32,000 nucleotides of DNA from assembly GCA_050276055.1 (NCBI GenBank), contig JBNNQX010000002.1, one strand, 5' to 3'. This document shows positions 1 through 8,918 of the stretch, one piece after another. The stretch's first letter is position 1; every line of letters starts with the position of its first letter. The translations under genes were made by a program, and so were the position numbers. Below the pieces are notes generated by a model. The model was not told the DNA's origin. It did not search any database and was given only the letters and a program-made list of their open reading frames with translations. This stretch comes from Alkalihalobacillus sp. NPDC127517 (GTDB lineage Bacteria > Bacillota > Bacilli > Bacillales > Bacillaceae_D).

Positions 1-1141
1 GATGAGGGAGCATACACCGGATATATTTAATGAGGCATACAAATTTATCTCAATCAAAGAATACATTTGGTTTCATTTGTTTGGAGAATTTGTTGTTGAT
101 TACTCGATTGCTTCAGCAACAGGGCTATTCAATCTCGAAAAAAATGATTGGGATCAAGACATTTTATTATCAATTGGGTTAACTAAAGATAAATTATCAA
201 CACTCGTTCCGGTTACATATAAAAAGGATTTACCACATTCAAGTCTTGCAGAAGAACTAGGAGTGAATCCAACGATGCCATTTATTATTGGCGCGAGTGA
301 TGGTGTTCTAGCTAATGTCGGGGCTGGTGCCGGTGCGAGTGATAAAACAATCATAACGATTGGAACAAGTGGAGCAATTAGAAGGACCGTTGATAACCCA
401 ATGACAGATCCGCTCCAGCGTACATTTTGTTATGCATTAACAGAAAATAAATGGGTCATTGGTGGAGCAACAAACAATGGCGGGAATGCATTTAGGTGGT
501 TCCGCGATGAGTGGGCTAAAGGTAAATCCACTATAGGAGACGAACCCATTTCAGAGGATCTATATGAGTACTTACTGCAGTTAGCCTCCACTTCACCAGC
601 GGGGGCAAAAGGATTAATCTTTTTGCCATTCTTAAATGGAGAACGTGCCCCGTATTGGAATCCAGATGCTCGTGCAGGATACATTGGAATGGCTAATCAT
701 CATACACAAGCAGACTTTGTACGTTCCTTGCTTGAAGGGGTTATTTTTAGTATCTATTCAGTTGGTACAGCTCTTCAGGAGTTAGGTGGACCAATTAAAG
801 AGATTCGTGCATCTGGCGGATTTGCTAGGTCAGAGCTATGGCTTCATATTCTAGCAGATGTATTTGGTCAATCCATCGAAATTCCTGCAAGCTATCATGC
901 TTCCGCTTTTGGTGCAGGTATTATTGCTTTAGTAGGTTCAGGGCAGTTAGATCATTTAGAAGAGTCCGATCAATGGACGACCGTTACACAAACGGTTGAA
1001 CCAGACACTCACACACACCAGTCATATGCTCAGATCTTTGAGATCTATCAGTCTCTTTACGTGGCGTTAGAAAGGCCATTTCAAGAGCTGGCTGAAATCC
1101 AAAAAACATATATCAACCAACCGTATGAATCAAGTAGATAA
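1..1141 (+). CDS. gntK: Gluconokinase (FGGY carbohydrate kinase), 5'-truncated by the window edge
   Basis: The ORF is open from the window start. The translation contains FGGY C-terminal motifs (GASDGVLANVG, TIGTSGAIR, GGATNNGG, GERAPYWNP, ASGGFARSELW). It aligns closely with my recollection of B. subtilis GntK (KEYI..LF.E.V.DYS.ASATG). Confidence 0.85.
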   Translation, partial: MREHTPDIFNEAYKFISIKEYIWFHLFGEFVVDYSIASATGLFNLEKNDWDQDILLSIGLTKDKLSTLVPVTYKKDLPHSSLAEELGVNPTMPFIIGASDGVLANVGAGAGASDKTIITIGTSGAIRRTVDNPMTDPLQRTFCYALTENKWVIGGATNNGGNAFRWFRDEWAKGKSTIGDEPISEDLYEYLLQLASTSPAGAKGLIFLPFLNGERAPYWNPDARAGYIGMANHHTQADFVRSLLEGVIFSIYSVGTALQELGGPIKEIRASGGFARSELWLHILADVFGQSIEIPASYHASAFGAGIIALVGSGQLDHLEESDQWTTVTQTVEPDTHTHQSYAQIFEIYQSLYVALERPFQELAEIQKTYINQPYESSR

Positions 1142-1240
1142 TAATCTGATTATGTAAACCTGTGTTAATAGCCGTTTCCGTTATAATCCTCTCCCCGTAT
1201 GATAAAGTTCACCACGATTTATGATAGAGGAGGGGATTTA

Positions 1241-2014
1241 ATGGTTAAAATCTTTTTAGACCCAGGTCATGGTGGTAGTGATCCAGGTGCTGTAGGCAAC
1301 GGATTACAGGAGAAGGCACTTGTGCTTACGATTGCAAGTCTTATTAGGGACATGCTCCTAGAAGAGTACCTTGATGTTGAAGTAAGAATGAGTCGTTCAA
1401 CGGATGTATTTGTTGCTCTTGCAGAGCGTAGTCGGTTAGCCAATCAGTGGGGTGCAGATTACTTTATGTCGATCCACATCAATGCAGGTGGAGGGACGGG
1501 CTTTGAATCTTTTATACACTCAAGCCGCGCAGCCAGAACCGTACAGCTGCAAAACACGGTCCATGATGGCATTATGGAGTCATTAACAGTCGTCGACCGT
1601 GGAAAGAAATCAGCTGATTTTGCTGTATTACGAGGCAGTAGTATGCCAGCCATTTTAACAGAGAATTTATTCATTGATCGAATAAGTGATGCGAATCTCT
1701 TAAAAGATGCTGCTTTCCTTCGTTCCGTTGCACGGGGTCATGTAAATGGAATGGTTCGTGCGTTTCAATTGCAGCGGAAGCCAGGTTCTGGTGGAGGGAA
1801 TGTATACCGGGTTCAAAGTGGTGCGTTTAGTAGTGAGCCAAATGCTACTCAATTAAAGACGAGACTTGAGCAAGCCGGCTACCAACCATTTATTCGGTTA
1901 GAAAATAATTTATACAAGGTTCAAGTAGGAGCGTTTTCGAGCCAGGCGAATGCGGAAGCGTTTGCAGTAGAGTTACGGAGTAAAGGATTTGAGGCGCAGG
2001 TTTTTCTTTCATAA
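1241..2014 (+). CDS. cwlC: N-acetylmuramoyl-L-alanine amidase with two C-terminal SPOR-like repeats (CwlC-like sporulation amidase)
   Basis: MVKIFLDPGHGGSDPGA..GADYFMSIHINAGGGTGFES matches the amidase_3 family and the recalled B. subtilis CwlC N-terminus. The C-terminus carries repeated YRVQSGAF / YKVQVGAFSS SPOR motifs. An AGAGGAGGGG SD lies 6 nt upstream of the ATG at 1241, so the track start at 1199 is probably too long. Confidence 0.85.
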   Translation: MVKIFLDPGHGGSDPGAVGNGLQEKALVLTIASLIRDMLLEEYLDVEVRMSRSTDVFVALAERSRLANQWGADYFMSIHINAGGGTGFESFIHSSRAARTVQLQNTVHDGIMESLTVVDRGKKSADFAVLRGSSMPAILTENLFIDRISDANLLKDAAFLRSVARGHVNGMVRAFQLQRKPGSGGGNVYRVQSGAFSSEPNATQLKTRLEQAGYQPFIRLENNLYKVQVGAFSSQANAEAFAVELRSKGFEAQVFLS

Positions 2015-2086
2015 AAGATCGGATGTATGCATACCTATATAAGCGGGAAGGTTAATACCAGTTTCTGATTATATGGAGGAATTACA

Positions 2087-2290
2087 ATGGATGGAATGAA
2101 AAATGATATGTACGCAAATTCCGTTTTAAAAAGACTAGAAAAAGCTTTACAAACGGCTGAAGCGAACATTGCTGCTGAACTTGGTGAAATGAATGGTGAG
2201 CAGGTTCAACAAGCAAACGCCTTTATTGAAGAAGCTCGATCTGACTATTTAGATGCTCAGCAATATGTAACAAAACAATCGTATCTTTAA
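2087..2290 (+). CDS. Small hypothetical protein (67 aa, predicted helical, acidic)
   Basis: A GGAGG SD (tatggaggaattacaATG) precedes the start and a terminator follows the ORF. I do not recognise a family. Confidence 0.5.
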   Translation: MDGMKNDMYANSVLKRLEKALQTAEANIAAELGEMNGEQVQQANAFIEEARSDYLDAQQYVTKQSYL

Positions 2291-2292
2291 GT

Positions 2293-2332
2293 AAAAAGAA
2301 GCGGAAGCCTATGAGCTTACGCTTCTTTTTTT
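2293..2332. terminator. Bidirectional intrinsic terminator between convergent genes
   Basis: The arms aaaaagaagcg (2293-2303) and cgcttcttttt (2320-2330) are perfect complements, flanked by an A-run and a T-run. The right arm overlaps the last codons of the minus-strand yneR-like gene. Confidence 0.6.
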
Positions 2333-2640
2333 GAATGTTCCTCTGGATGAGCTGCATCCATAAAACGAGGTTGTATAAATTCTACTCGATCAAGATCTGT
2401 TTGATAATCAATGGTCATTCCATCGACGTACCAAAAATCATCCGGAGTGACGAAGAACGAAATGTCTTGTTTTTTAATAATAAAAGACTCTGGAGTTGGA
2501 AGATCTCTCATAACGCCAACTGAAAACCCTCCTGAACCAACGCCTCCAACGCGTACATATAGGCGAACAGATTCGCCGTCCTTTAGTTCCATTTCTTTTT
2601 TATATAACGAAACAACTGAATCTGATAATGTTAATTGCAT
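2317..2640 (-). CDS. yneR: HesB/IscA-like (YneR family) protein lacking the Fe-S ligand cysteines
   Basis: The 107 aa product has the pattern LYVRVGGVGSGGFSVGV...DGMTIDY typical of the HesB/YadR/YfhF fold. An AAGGAGGAAAC SD precedes the ATG. Its position relative to yneT-parE-parC matches the B. subtilis gene order as I recall it. Confidence 0.7.
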   Translation of the reverse strand: MQLTLSDSVVSLYKKEMELKDGESVRLYVRVGGVGSGGFSVGVMRDLPTPESFIIKKQDISFFVTPDDFWYVDGMTIDYQTDLDRVEFIQPRFMDAAHPEEHSKKEA

Positions 2641-2772
2641 TTTGTTTCCTCCTTACATAAGTAAGTGTATCATATTAAGCAGAAAAATTTCGAAAAAGAG
2701 AAGGAAGATCTTCTTCGAATGTCGAAATAAGTAGATGTTCCATTTAGTACATAAAAGATTGGTGGTTTTTAT

Positions 2773-4272
2773 ATGAAATCAGAAGAAAAATATTTGGGTC
2801 TTGTTCAAAAGCAGAATCATTATAATCAAGCATTATCACTTCTTGCATGGGATGCCCGCACAGGTGCACCCAAAAAAGGAGCAGCACAACGTTCAGAAGT
2901 GATCGGGACGCTATCATCTGATGTGTTTGCCTTATCTACTTCAAATGAAATGAATGAATTACTCACTGAACTTGAAAGTGAGAAGAAGTCTCTTTCGGAA
3001 ATTACGGCAAAAAGTATAGAAGAATCGCGTAAAGATTACGATCGTAACACAAAGATTCCTGCTGAAGAATTTAAAGAATACGTTACGCTTCAATCTCAAA
3101 CTGAAACACTTTGGGAAGACGCAAAGGATCAATCTGACTTTGAAATGTTCCGTCCTAATTTAGAGAAGTTAATTGAATTTAAAAAACGTTTTATTGGCTA
3201 TTATGGCGAGGATACTGGCCATGTTTACAACACGTTACTAGATGATTATGAGCCTGGAGTCTTTGTTGATACCATTGATGAGGTATTTGCTGAACTTAGA
3301 AACAATCTAGTGCCCCTTGTTCAAGCGGTAACAGAGTCGGCTCACCAACCAAAAATGGACAGCTTATTCGCTCATTTCCCAAAAGCAAACCAGCAAGCGT
3401 TAAGCAGAGATATTTTAAAGGAAATTGGATTTGATTTCACAGCAGGTCGTATGGATGAGACAGTTCATCCATTTGCTATGGGTATTAATCCGTATGATGT
3501 ACGTGTGACAACAAAATACAATGAGTCTGATTTCCGTGTCTCTTTGTTTGGTACCATTCATGAAGGTGGCCATGCGTTATACGAACAAAATATCTCTCCA
3601 GAACTAATGGGTACGCCGCTTTGCGGAGGAACTTCAATGGGTATTCACGAATCTCAGTCCTTGTTCTGGGAGAAATTCGTTGGGCAGAATATGGCTTTTT
3701 GGGAGCGGAACTACTCTTTATTAAAAAAGCATGCTAATGGACAGTTTGATCAGTTAAGTCTTGAAGACTTCTACTTTGCAGTGAATCAGTCAAAGCCATC
3801 TCTTATTCGAATCGAAGCTGATGAGTTAACCTATTGCTTACACATCATCCTTCGTTATGAATTAGAAAAAGCGTTAATTGAAGGAAGCCTTGCTGTAAAA
3901 GACTTACCACATGTGTGGAACGAAAAGATGGTTGAATACCTTGGTGTTAAACCAAGTAATGATGGTGAAGGTGTGCTTCAGGATGTACACTGGTCATTTG
4001 GATCCTTTGGCTATTTTCCTTCCTACGCATTGGGGTACATCTATGCCGCTCAATTAAAAGAGTCATTCACTAAAACAAACCCTGGTTTCGATGATTTAAT
4101 CCGCAAAGGAGATTATGCGCCGATCCGTCAATACATGACAGAGAATGTACATCAGTTCGGCCGAGGCAAAAAGCCAGCTGACATCTTAAAGGATACAACG
4201 GGCTCTGGAATTGATGCTAAACCATTGATTCATTACTTAAAAGATAAATATACAACGTTATACAAGCTTTAA
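2773..4272 (+). CDS. ypwA: Carboxypeptidase Taq-type metallopeptidase, family M32
   Basis: The 499 aa product carries the HEGGHA zinc motif (HExxH), plus HPF, IHESQS and IRIEADE(L)TY motifs diagnostic of M32. Confidence 0.85.
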   Translation: MKSEEKYLGLVQKQNHYNQALSLLAWDARTGAPKKGAAQRSEVIGTLSSDVFALSTSNEMNELLTELESEKKSLSEITAKSIEESRKDYDRNTKIPAEEFKEYVTLQSQTETLWEDAKDQSDFEMFRPNLEKLIEFKKRFIGYYGEDTGHVYNTLLDDYEPGVFVDTIDEVFAELRNNLVPLVQAVTESAHQPKMDSLFAHFPKANQQALSRDILKEIGFDFTAGRMDETVHPFAMGINPYDVRVTTKYNESDFRVSLFGTIHEGGHALYEQNISPELMGTPLCGGTSMGIHESQSLFWEKFVGQNMAFWERNYSLLKKHANGQFDQLSLEDFYFAVNQSKPSLIRIEADELTYCLHIILRYELEKALIEGSLAVKDLPHVWNEKMVEYLGVKPSNDGEGVLQDVHWSFGSFGYFPSYALGYIYAAQLKESFTKTNPGFDDLIRKGDYAPIRQYMTENVHQFGRGKKPADILKDTTGSGIDAKPLIHYLKDKYTTLYKL

Positions 4273-4278
4273 TCCTAG

Positions 4279-4303
4279 AAGCGGGCATCTTGCCCGTTTT
4301 TTC
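4279..4303 (+). terminator. Intrinsic terminator after the M32 carboxypeptidase gene
   Basis: The hairpin is cgggca-tct-tgcccg, followed by a T6 run. Confidence 0.6.
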
Positions 4304-4321
4304 TTTGTGTATTAATCCTAG

Positions 4322-4350
4322 TTGACTACTATGAATAATAGGTATATAAT
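4322..4350 (+). promoter_or_regulatory. SigA-type promoter (TTGACT-17 nt-TATAAT)
   Basis: The -35 TTGACT is at 4322-4327, the spacer is 17 nt and the -10 is a perfect TATAAT at 4345-4350. This places the 5' part of the track ORF (4322 start) in the promoter rather than in coding sequence. Confidence 0.6.
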
Positions 4351-4381
4351 ACAAGAGAAAGAGGGAAAGGAGCAATTCTGT

Positions 4382-4834
4382 ATGGCGCATCTAACAATGT
4401 TAACGGAAAATCCGCTTATAAATAAGCAAGATAAGATGTTTAAAGCACAGCTAGAAACGTGGGTCCTGCAACAAGGTCATGAGCTTTCAGAAGTGTCTAT
4501 ATCTACTTTCACTCCAGACCATCTTAAAACAGACATTTTTATCCTTGCAATACCTGTAGAGCAGGATTCATATCAAGCCTTCAAGCGCTTTTTACAGTCA
4601 CTTCCTGAAAATACATTTAAAGATAAGCAGGTGTTTCCTTTTATTCTTGGAGGAACGTTGGCTCACGTCAGTGTAATGGAATTGTACCTTCAACCATTGC
4701 TTAATCGCCTGGGTATTACAGAATCCTTGACGATTGTTCCAAAATCGACGAAGTCACAGAAACAGCGTTTTGTAAAACAGTTGTTTTCTGAAACAAGATT
4801 TAATCAATTCTTACAACCATACATTGCGATATAA
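4382..4834 (+). CDS. Flavodoxin-fold protein resembling NAD(P)H-dependent FMN reductases, with a degenerate FMN-binding loop
   Basis: The ATG at 4382 is preceded by GAGGGAAAGGAG. DIFILAIPVEQDSY..FK.FL and KQVFPFILGGTLAHV..LYLQPLL.RLG resemble the core strands and helices of the NADPH-dependent FMN reductase family. The N-terminal GSxR-type loop is not conserved. The family assignment is tentative. Confidence 0.45.
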   Translation: MAHLTMLTENPLINKQDKMFKAQLETWVLQQGHELSEVSISTFTPDHLKTDIFILAIPVEQDSYQAFKRFLQSLPENTFKDKQVFPFILGGTLAHVSVMELYLQPLLNRLGITESLTIVPKSTKSQKQRFVKQLFSETRFNQFLQPYIAI

Positions 4835-4842
4835 CTGAGTAA

Positions 4843-4876
4843 GCTGAGAACCGACTAAGTGGTTCTCGGCTTTTTT
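4843..4876 (+). terminator. Intrinsic terminator
   Basis: A 10-bp stem forms between gctgagaacc and ggttctcggc, with one G:U pair that works only on the plus-strand RNA. A T6 run follows. Confidence 0.65.
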
Positions 4877-4882
4877 GTTAGG

Positions 4883-5512
4883 TTACATCGTCAGAACTTC
4901 CTTTAACCCACTCACAATCATCTCAACCGCCATCACAGTTAAGATAAGCCCCATTAAGCGTGTAACGATTGAAAGCTCTGTTGCGTTCAGTTTGCTATGA
5001 ATCCAATGTGAATAATAAAAGATTAAGTAAGTCACTAAGAGGATGATTGTAAATGCAATAAAGACACCAATTGTATGGCTGATCCGGTCGGAATGGGAAG
5101 ACGTTAAACTCATCACTGTTGCAATGGTTCCAGGGCCGGCGATTAGCGGTATGCCTAGAGGTGTAATGGAGATATCATCTTTTTCAATTCCTTCCTGGTG
5201 CTCATCTTCATGAAGGGTATGGCTGTGTTTCGACTTTGCGCTGACCAAATTATAACCAATGCCAAAGATAATAATTCCACCTGCAATTCGAAGTGCATCA
5301 ACTGTGATGCCAAATGCACGGAACAGAAGTGGTCCTACAATTAGAAATGCAGTCAGAATAACAAAAGCTGTGATAATTGCTTTAAAAGCAATGGCTCTTG
5401 TTTCTCGCACAGTATTTGTCTGTGTCATGGCAATAAAAATAGGGACGTTCCCTATGGGGTTCATAATTGCAAAGATTGAAACAATGGCCTGAAGTGTAAA
5501 AGAAAGCATCAT
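4883..5512 (-). CDS. MarC family (UPF0056) integral membrane protein
   Basis: The N-terminus FAIMNPIGNVPIFI and the multi-TM profile are typical of MarC/NAAT. A GGAGG SD sits before the ATGATG at 5512/5509. The track start (GTG at 5551) has no SD. Confidence 0.8.
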   Translation of the reverse strand: MMLSFTLQAIVSIFAIMNPIGNVPIFIAMTQTNTVRETRAIAFKAIITAFVILTAFLIVGPLLFRAFGITVDALRIAGGIIIFGIGYNLVSAKSKHSHTLHEDEHQEGIEKDDISITPLGIPLIAGPGTIATVMSLTSSHSDRISHTIGVFIAFTIILLVTYLIFYYSHWIHSKLNATELSIVTRLMGLILTVMAVEMIVSGLKEVLTM

Positions 5513-5654
5513 TTGTCCTCCATCATCAATAGTAACGTTAGCTTCCCTCACTTTTTCAGATCAATTCAGATGACTAGGACTTAAATTGATCGGTTTAGGG
5601 TATAGATGAGGTGAACTTATTTAAAGATAGTTAATATAGAGAGGTTGTGCAGGA

Positions 5655-6689
5655 TTGATAACGTTTGAAGGGGTAACGAAAACATTTGCTGATGGGACAA
5701 AAGGTGTAGATCACCTATCGTTAACCATCAACAGTGGTGAGTTTTTTGTATTAATTGGTCCGAGTGGATGTGGAAAAACAACCACCATGAAAATGATTAA
5801 CCGATTGATTGATCCAACGGAAGGAACCATTAAGATTGATGAGGAACGTGTACAAGATGTCAACATACATAAGTTACGTTGGAATATTGGCTACGTCCTT
5901 CAACAAATTGCATTGTTTCCAAACATGACGATTGCTGAAAACATTGCCGTTGTTCCAGAAATGATGAAATGGACCAAACAAGAGATTGAAACACGAGTTG
6001 ATGAATTGTTACAGATGGTGGGACTTGATCCTGAGCAATTTCGAAACAGAATGCCAGATGAACTATCCGGAGGCCAGCAGCAACGCATAGGAGTGGCACG
6101 TGCGTTGGCGGGAAACCCTAATATTATTTTAATGGATGAGCCTTTTAGTGCACTTGATCCAATAAGTCGTGAACAGCTGCAACAAGATATCAAGAACCTT
6201 CAAAAGGACATTCGAAAAACGATTGTCTTTGTCACTCATGACATGGACGAAGCGTTGGCACTGGGTGAAAAGATTTGTGTGATGCAAGACGGAGCCGCAG
6301 TTCAAATTGGAACACCTGAGGAATTGGTTACAAATCCGAAAAATGAATTTGTACAACAATTTATCGGACATCGAGGACGCAACAAAGTGGAGTCCATTGA
6401 AGCGATTATTGATACAGCTAGTCCGTATTTGCTACCAAATGATACAACCGAAGCAGAGCTTGCGTTTATCTTAAATGGAGATGGTGCATTAGCAGAAACT
6501 ACCTATAGAAAAATGAATCAACCGAATGTAAGGGTTGTGGCTTATAATGCTTCTGTTAAAGATGTGTATGCTGCACTGCAAGAAAGCCATCTTCCTGCTT
6601 TACCCGTTGAACGAGACAACCGCATTGTAGGAACCATCTCTTATGAGGACTTGGCCCGCTTGGCTGCAGAAGGGAGCGGGACGAAATGA
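5655..6689 (+). CDS. opuFA: Glycine betaine/choline/carnitine-type ABC transporter ATP-binding protein with a C-terminal CBS region
   Basis: Walker A is GPSGCGKTT, the signature is LSGGQQQR and Walker B is ILMDEPFSALD. The tail is CBS-like (IVGTISYEDL). The TTG start and the 4-nt stop/start overlap with the next gene suggest translational coupling. Confidence 0.85.
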   Translation: MITFEGVTKTFADGTKGVDHLSLTINSGEFFVLIGPSGCGKTTTMKMINRLIDPTEGTIKIDEERVQDVNIHKLRWNIGYVLQQIALFPNMTIAENIAVVPEMMKWTKQEIETRVDELLQMVGLDPEQFRNRMPDELSGGQQQRIGVARALAGNPNIILMDEPFSALDPISREQLQQDIKNLQKDIRKTIVFVTHDMDEALALGEKICVMQDGAAVQIGTPEELVTNPKNEFVQQFIGHRGRNKVESIEAIIDTASPYLLPNDTTEAELAFILNGDGALAETTYRKMNQPNVRVVAYNASVKDVYAALQESHLPALPVERDNRIVGTISYEDLARLAAEGSGTK

Positions 6690-8224
6690 GCAGTTTTTTT
6701 AGTGATTTTTATAATCTTTTTATACAAAGGCAGGATATGCTTTGGACAGCTTTATGGGAGCACTTGCAACTATCAATCATTTCATTACTAATAGCGGTAA
6801 TCATTGCTGTCCCTGTGGGGATCGTCTTATCTAGAAAAGACAGTATTGCAGAAGGAATCATTGGTATTGCTGCTGTCCTACAAACGATACCAAGTCTTGC
6901 ATTGCTCGGTTTTATGATTTTATTTGTGGGAATTGGCACGACTCCCGCTATTATTGCCTTAACTGCTTATGCCCTCCTACCGATTCTTCGGAATACGTAT
7001 ACAGGGATTAAAGAAGTAAACCCCGCTATTCGTGAGGCCGCAAGAGGGATGGGAATGAACTCGTTTCGCAGTCTGACAAAGGTAGAACTGCCTATCGCCT
7101 TACCTACAGTCATGGCCGGGATTCGTACATCAATGGTTCTGATTGTTGGGACAGCAACGCTTGCTGCATTAATTGGAGCTGGTGGTCTGGGAGATTTAAT
7201 TATGACCGGCATTCAGCGATCAAATAATGAGTACATTTTACTCGGTGCGATTCCAGCGGCTTTGTTAGCTTTATTATTTGATGGTATCTTACGTTTTACA
7301 GAAAAGCTGAGCAAACGACATTCGTATAAACCAGTTGTTGCAGTTATCGGATTATCACTTGCTATTATCTTTGTCCCAATGATTGCTGGAAGAGGTGCTA
7401 TCGGACCGGATCTTGTTGTTGGTGGGAAGATGGGAGCCGAGCCTGAGATTGTTGGAAATATGTATAAGCATTTGATTGAAGAGCAGACTGATCTTACAGT
7501 ACAAGTTCAAGGAAACTTAGGTGCGACTGATTTCGTTTTTAATGCCTTACGAGTTGGTGATATTGACGTCTATCCTGAATTCTCTGGTACGATTGTAGGA
7601 GAACTACTCGCATTAGATGACTTTAGCTATGATCCTGACGAAGCGTATCAACAAGCAAAAGAAGGAATTTATGATGAATATCAATTCCGTTTCCTGGAGC
7701 CAATGTTATATAACAACACGTATGCGATTGCTGTTCCTAGAGACAAAGCTTACGAACAAGGAATCGAAACAATCTCAGATCTAAATACAGTAAAAGATGA
7801 CTGGGCATTCGGATTCTCTTTCGAATTCATCGATCGTCAGGACGGTTATGCAGGATTCCCTGAACGGTATGGATTTGAGCTTAGTGACGTAACTTCTTTA
7901 GATGTTTCAGCAGGATTTCGTGCGATTGAAAGTGGAGACATTGAAGGGACCGATGTCTTTTCTACTGATCCACAAATTGTGGAGAACGATCTACTTGTGT
8001 TAGAGGATGACCAAAACTTGTTCCCTCCGTACCAAGGTGCACCATTGATTCGTGAGGAAACGTTAGATAAGTATCCTGAGATCGAAAACATTCTTAATCA
8101 GCTTGCTGGAAAAATTTCAGAACAAGATATTCAGGAATTAAATTATCTAGTCGATATTGAAGACGAGAACCCAAGTGATGTAGCAATGGACTATCTTGTT
8201 GAAATCGGTCTATTAGAGAACTAA
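6686..8224 (+). CDS. opuFB: Fused ABC permease (N-terminal, about 215 aa) and OpuBC/OpuCC-type substrate-binding domain (C-terminal)
   Basis: The N-terminal half has BPD-type TM segments and the EAA-like loop (REAARGMGM). The C-terminal half has the OpuAC-family pattern (GAEPEIVGNMYKHLIEE..GDIDVYPEFSGT..FPPYQGAPLIR). This TMD-SBP fusion architecture matches the published OpuF transporter class. Confidence 0.85.
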   Translation: MSSFFSDFYNLFIQRQDMLWTALWEHLQLSIISLLIAVIIAVPVGIVLSRKDSIAEGIIGIAAVLQTIPSLALLGFMILFVGIGTTPAIIALTAYALLPILRNTYTGIKEVNPAIREAARGMGMNSFRSLTKVELPIALPTVMAGIRTSMVLIVGTATLAALIGAGGLGDLIMTGIQRSNNEYILLGAIPAALLALLFDGILRFTEKLSKRHSYKPVVAVIGLSLAIIFVPMIAGRGAIGPDLVVGGKMGAEPEIVGNMYKHLIEEQTDLTVQVQGNLGATDFVFNALRVGDIDVYPEFSGTIVGELLALDDFSYDPDEAYQQAKEGIYDEYQFRFLEPMLYNNTYAIAVPRDKAYEQGIETISDLNTVKDDWAFGFSFEFIDRQDGYAGFPERYGFELSDVTSLDVSAGFRAIESGDIEGTDVFSTDPQIVENDLLVLEDDQNLFPPYQGAPLIREETLDKYPEIENILNQLAGKISEQDIQELNYLVDIEDENPSDVAMDYLVEIGLLEN

Positions 8225-8286
8225 TGAGTGCAAATGTACTTTTTAGGGTATGATGGTTGTACACGTGATACGAAAGGAATGATACA

Positions 8287-8700
8287 ATGTCTATTGAAAA
8301 CCCATCGAATCAAGCGATTACTAATATTCTTCACACAAGTAAGCGAATTGCTGTTGTAGGACTTTCAGACAATCCCGAGAGAACCTCTTACATGGTTTCA
8401 GAGGCGATGCAAAAAGCAGGCTATGAGATCATTCCAGTGAATCCTACGATTGATGAAGCATTAGGTGTAAAAGCCGTTTCCACACTCCATGAAATAGACG
8501 GCGACATCGATATTGTGAATGTTTTTAGGAGAAGCGAGTTTCTCCCTGACATTGCAAAAGAAACGGTTGAAGTTGGAGCGAATGTCTTCTGGTCACAGCT
8601 TGGTGTGGTGAACCAAGAAGCCTATGACTATTTAAGAGAACATAACATCGCAACGGTAATGGATCGTTGTATTAAAGTAGAACACGCAAAGTTTAAATAA
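8287..8700 (+). CDS. yneT: CoA-binding domain protein (YneT/YccU family)
   Basis: The 137 aa product contains IAVVGLSDNPERTSY, IIPVNP and VDIVNVFRRSE, typical of CoA_binding_2. A GAAAGGAA SD is present. The gene lies directly upstream of parE, as in B. subtilis. Confidence 0.8.
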   Translation: MSIENPSNQAITNILHTSKRIAVVGLSDNPERTSYMVSEAMQKAGYEIIPVNPTIDEALGVKAVSTLHEIDGDIDIVNVFRRSEFLPDIAKETVEVGANVFWSQLGVVNQEAYDYLREHNIATVMDRCIKVEHAKFK

Positions 8701-8918
8701 CGGATCGGGGAGGGTGCCAATAAGGTATCCTCCCTCACTAAACCTCTTTTATTTTGATGCAATACACCCTAGTATGTGGAAGAATTAAAATAATAAAAAT
8801 AGAAAAGAACCTTGATATAACTGAAATAACCTTTAGAATGAACTTATAACTATAGCAAGAAACGTATGTTCGGTTTTTGTGCTACAATAGTAGCAGCACG
8901 TTGAAAGGGGTTCAAACT

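Noticed and set aside
1199-1240. N-terminal extensions given by the ORF track: 1199 for cwlC, 4322 for the flavodoxin-fold gene, 8877 for parE, 15127 for ytvI, 18995 for the 85-aa gene, 20583 for katG and 5551 for marC.
   Set aside because: In each case an internal start has a proper SD and matches the family N-terminus. The extension either overlaps a promoter (4322-4350, 15140-15168) or lacks an SD.
2700-2716. The near-palindrome GAAGGAAGATCTTCTTC (core GAAGATCTTC) flanked by TTCGAA repeats, in the divergent yneR / M32 carboxypeptidase intergenic region. It could be an operator.
   Set aside because: It is short, has one mismatch and matches no regulator consensus I know. Palindromes of this size are expected by chance in AT-rich intergenic DNA. 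I kept it only as a note.
8246-8251. A GGGTAT hexamer upstream of yneT, and a GGGGTAT near 19000, considered as possible SigB -10 boxes.
   Set aside because: No GTTT-type -35 element lies at the required 12-15 nt spacing in either case.
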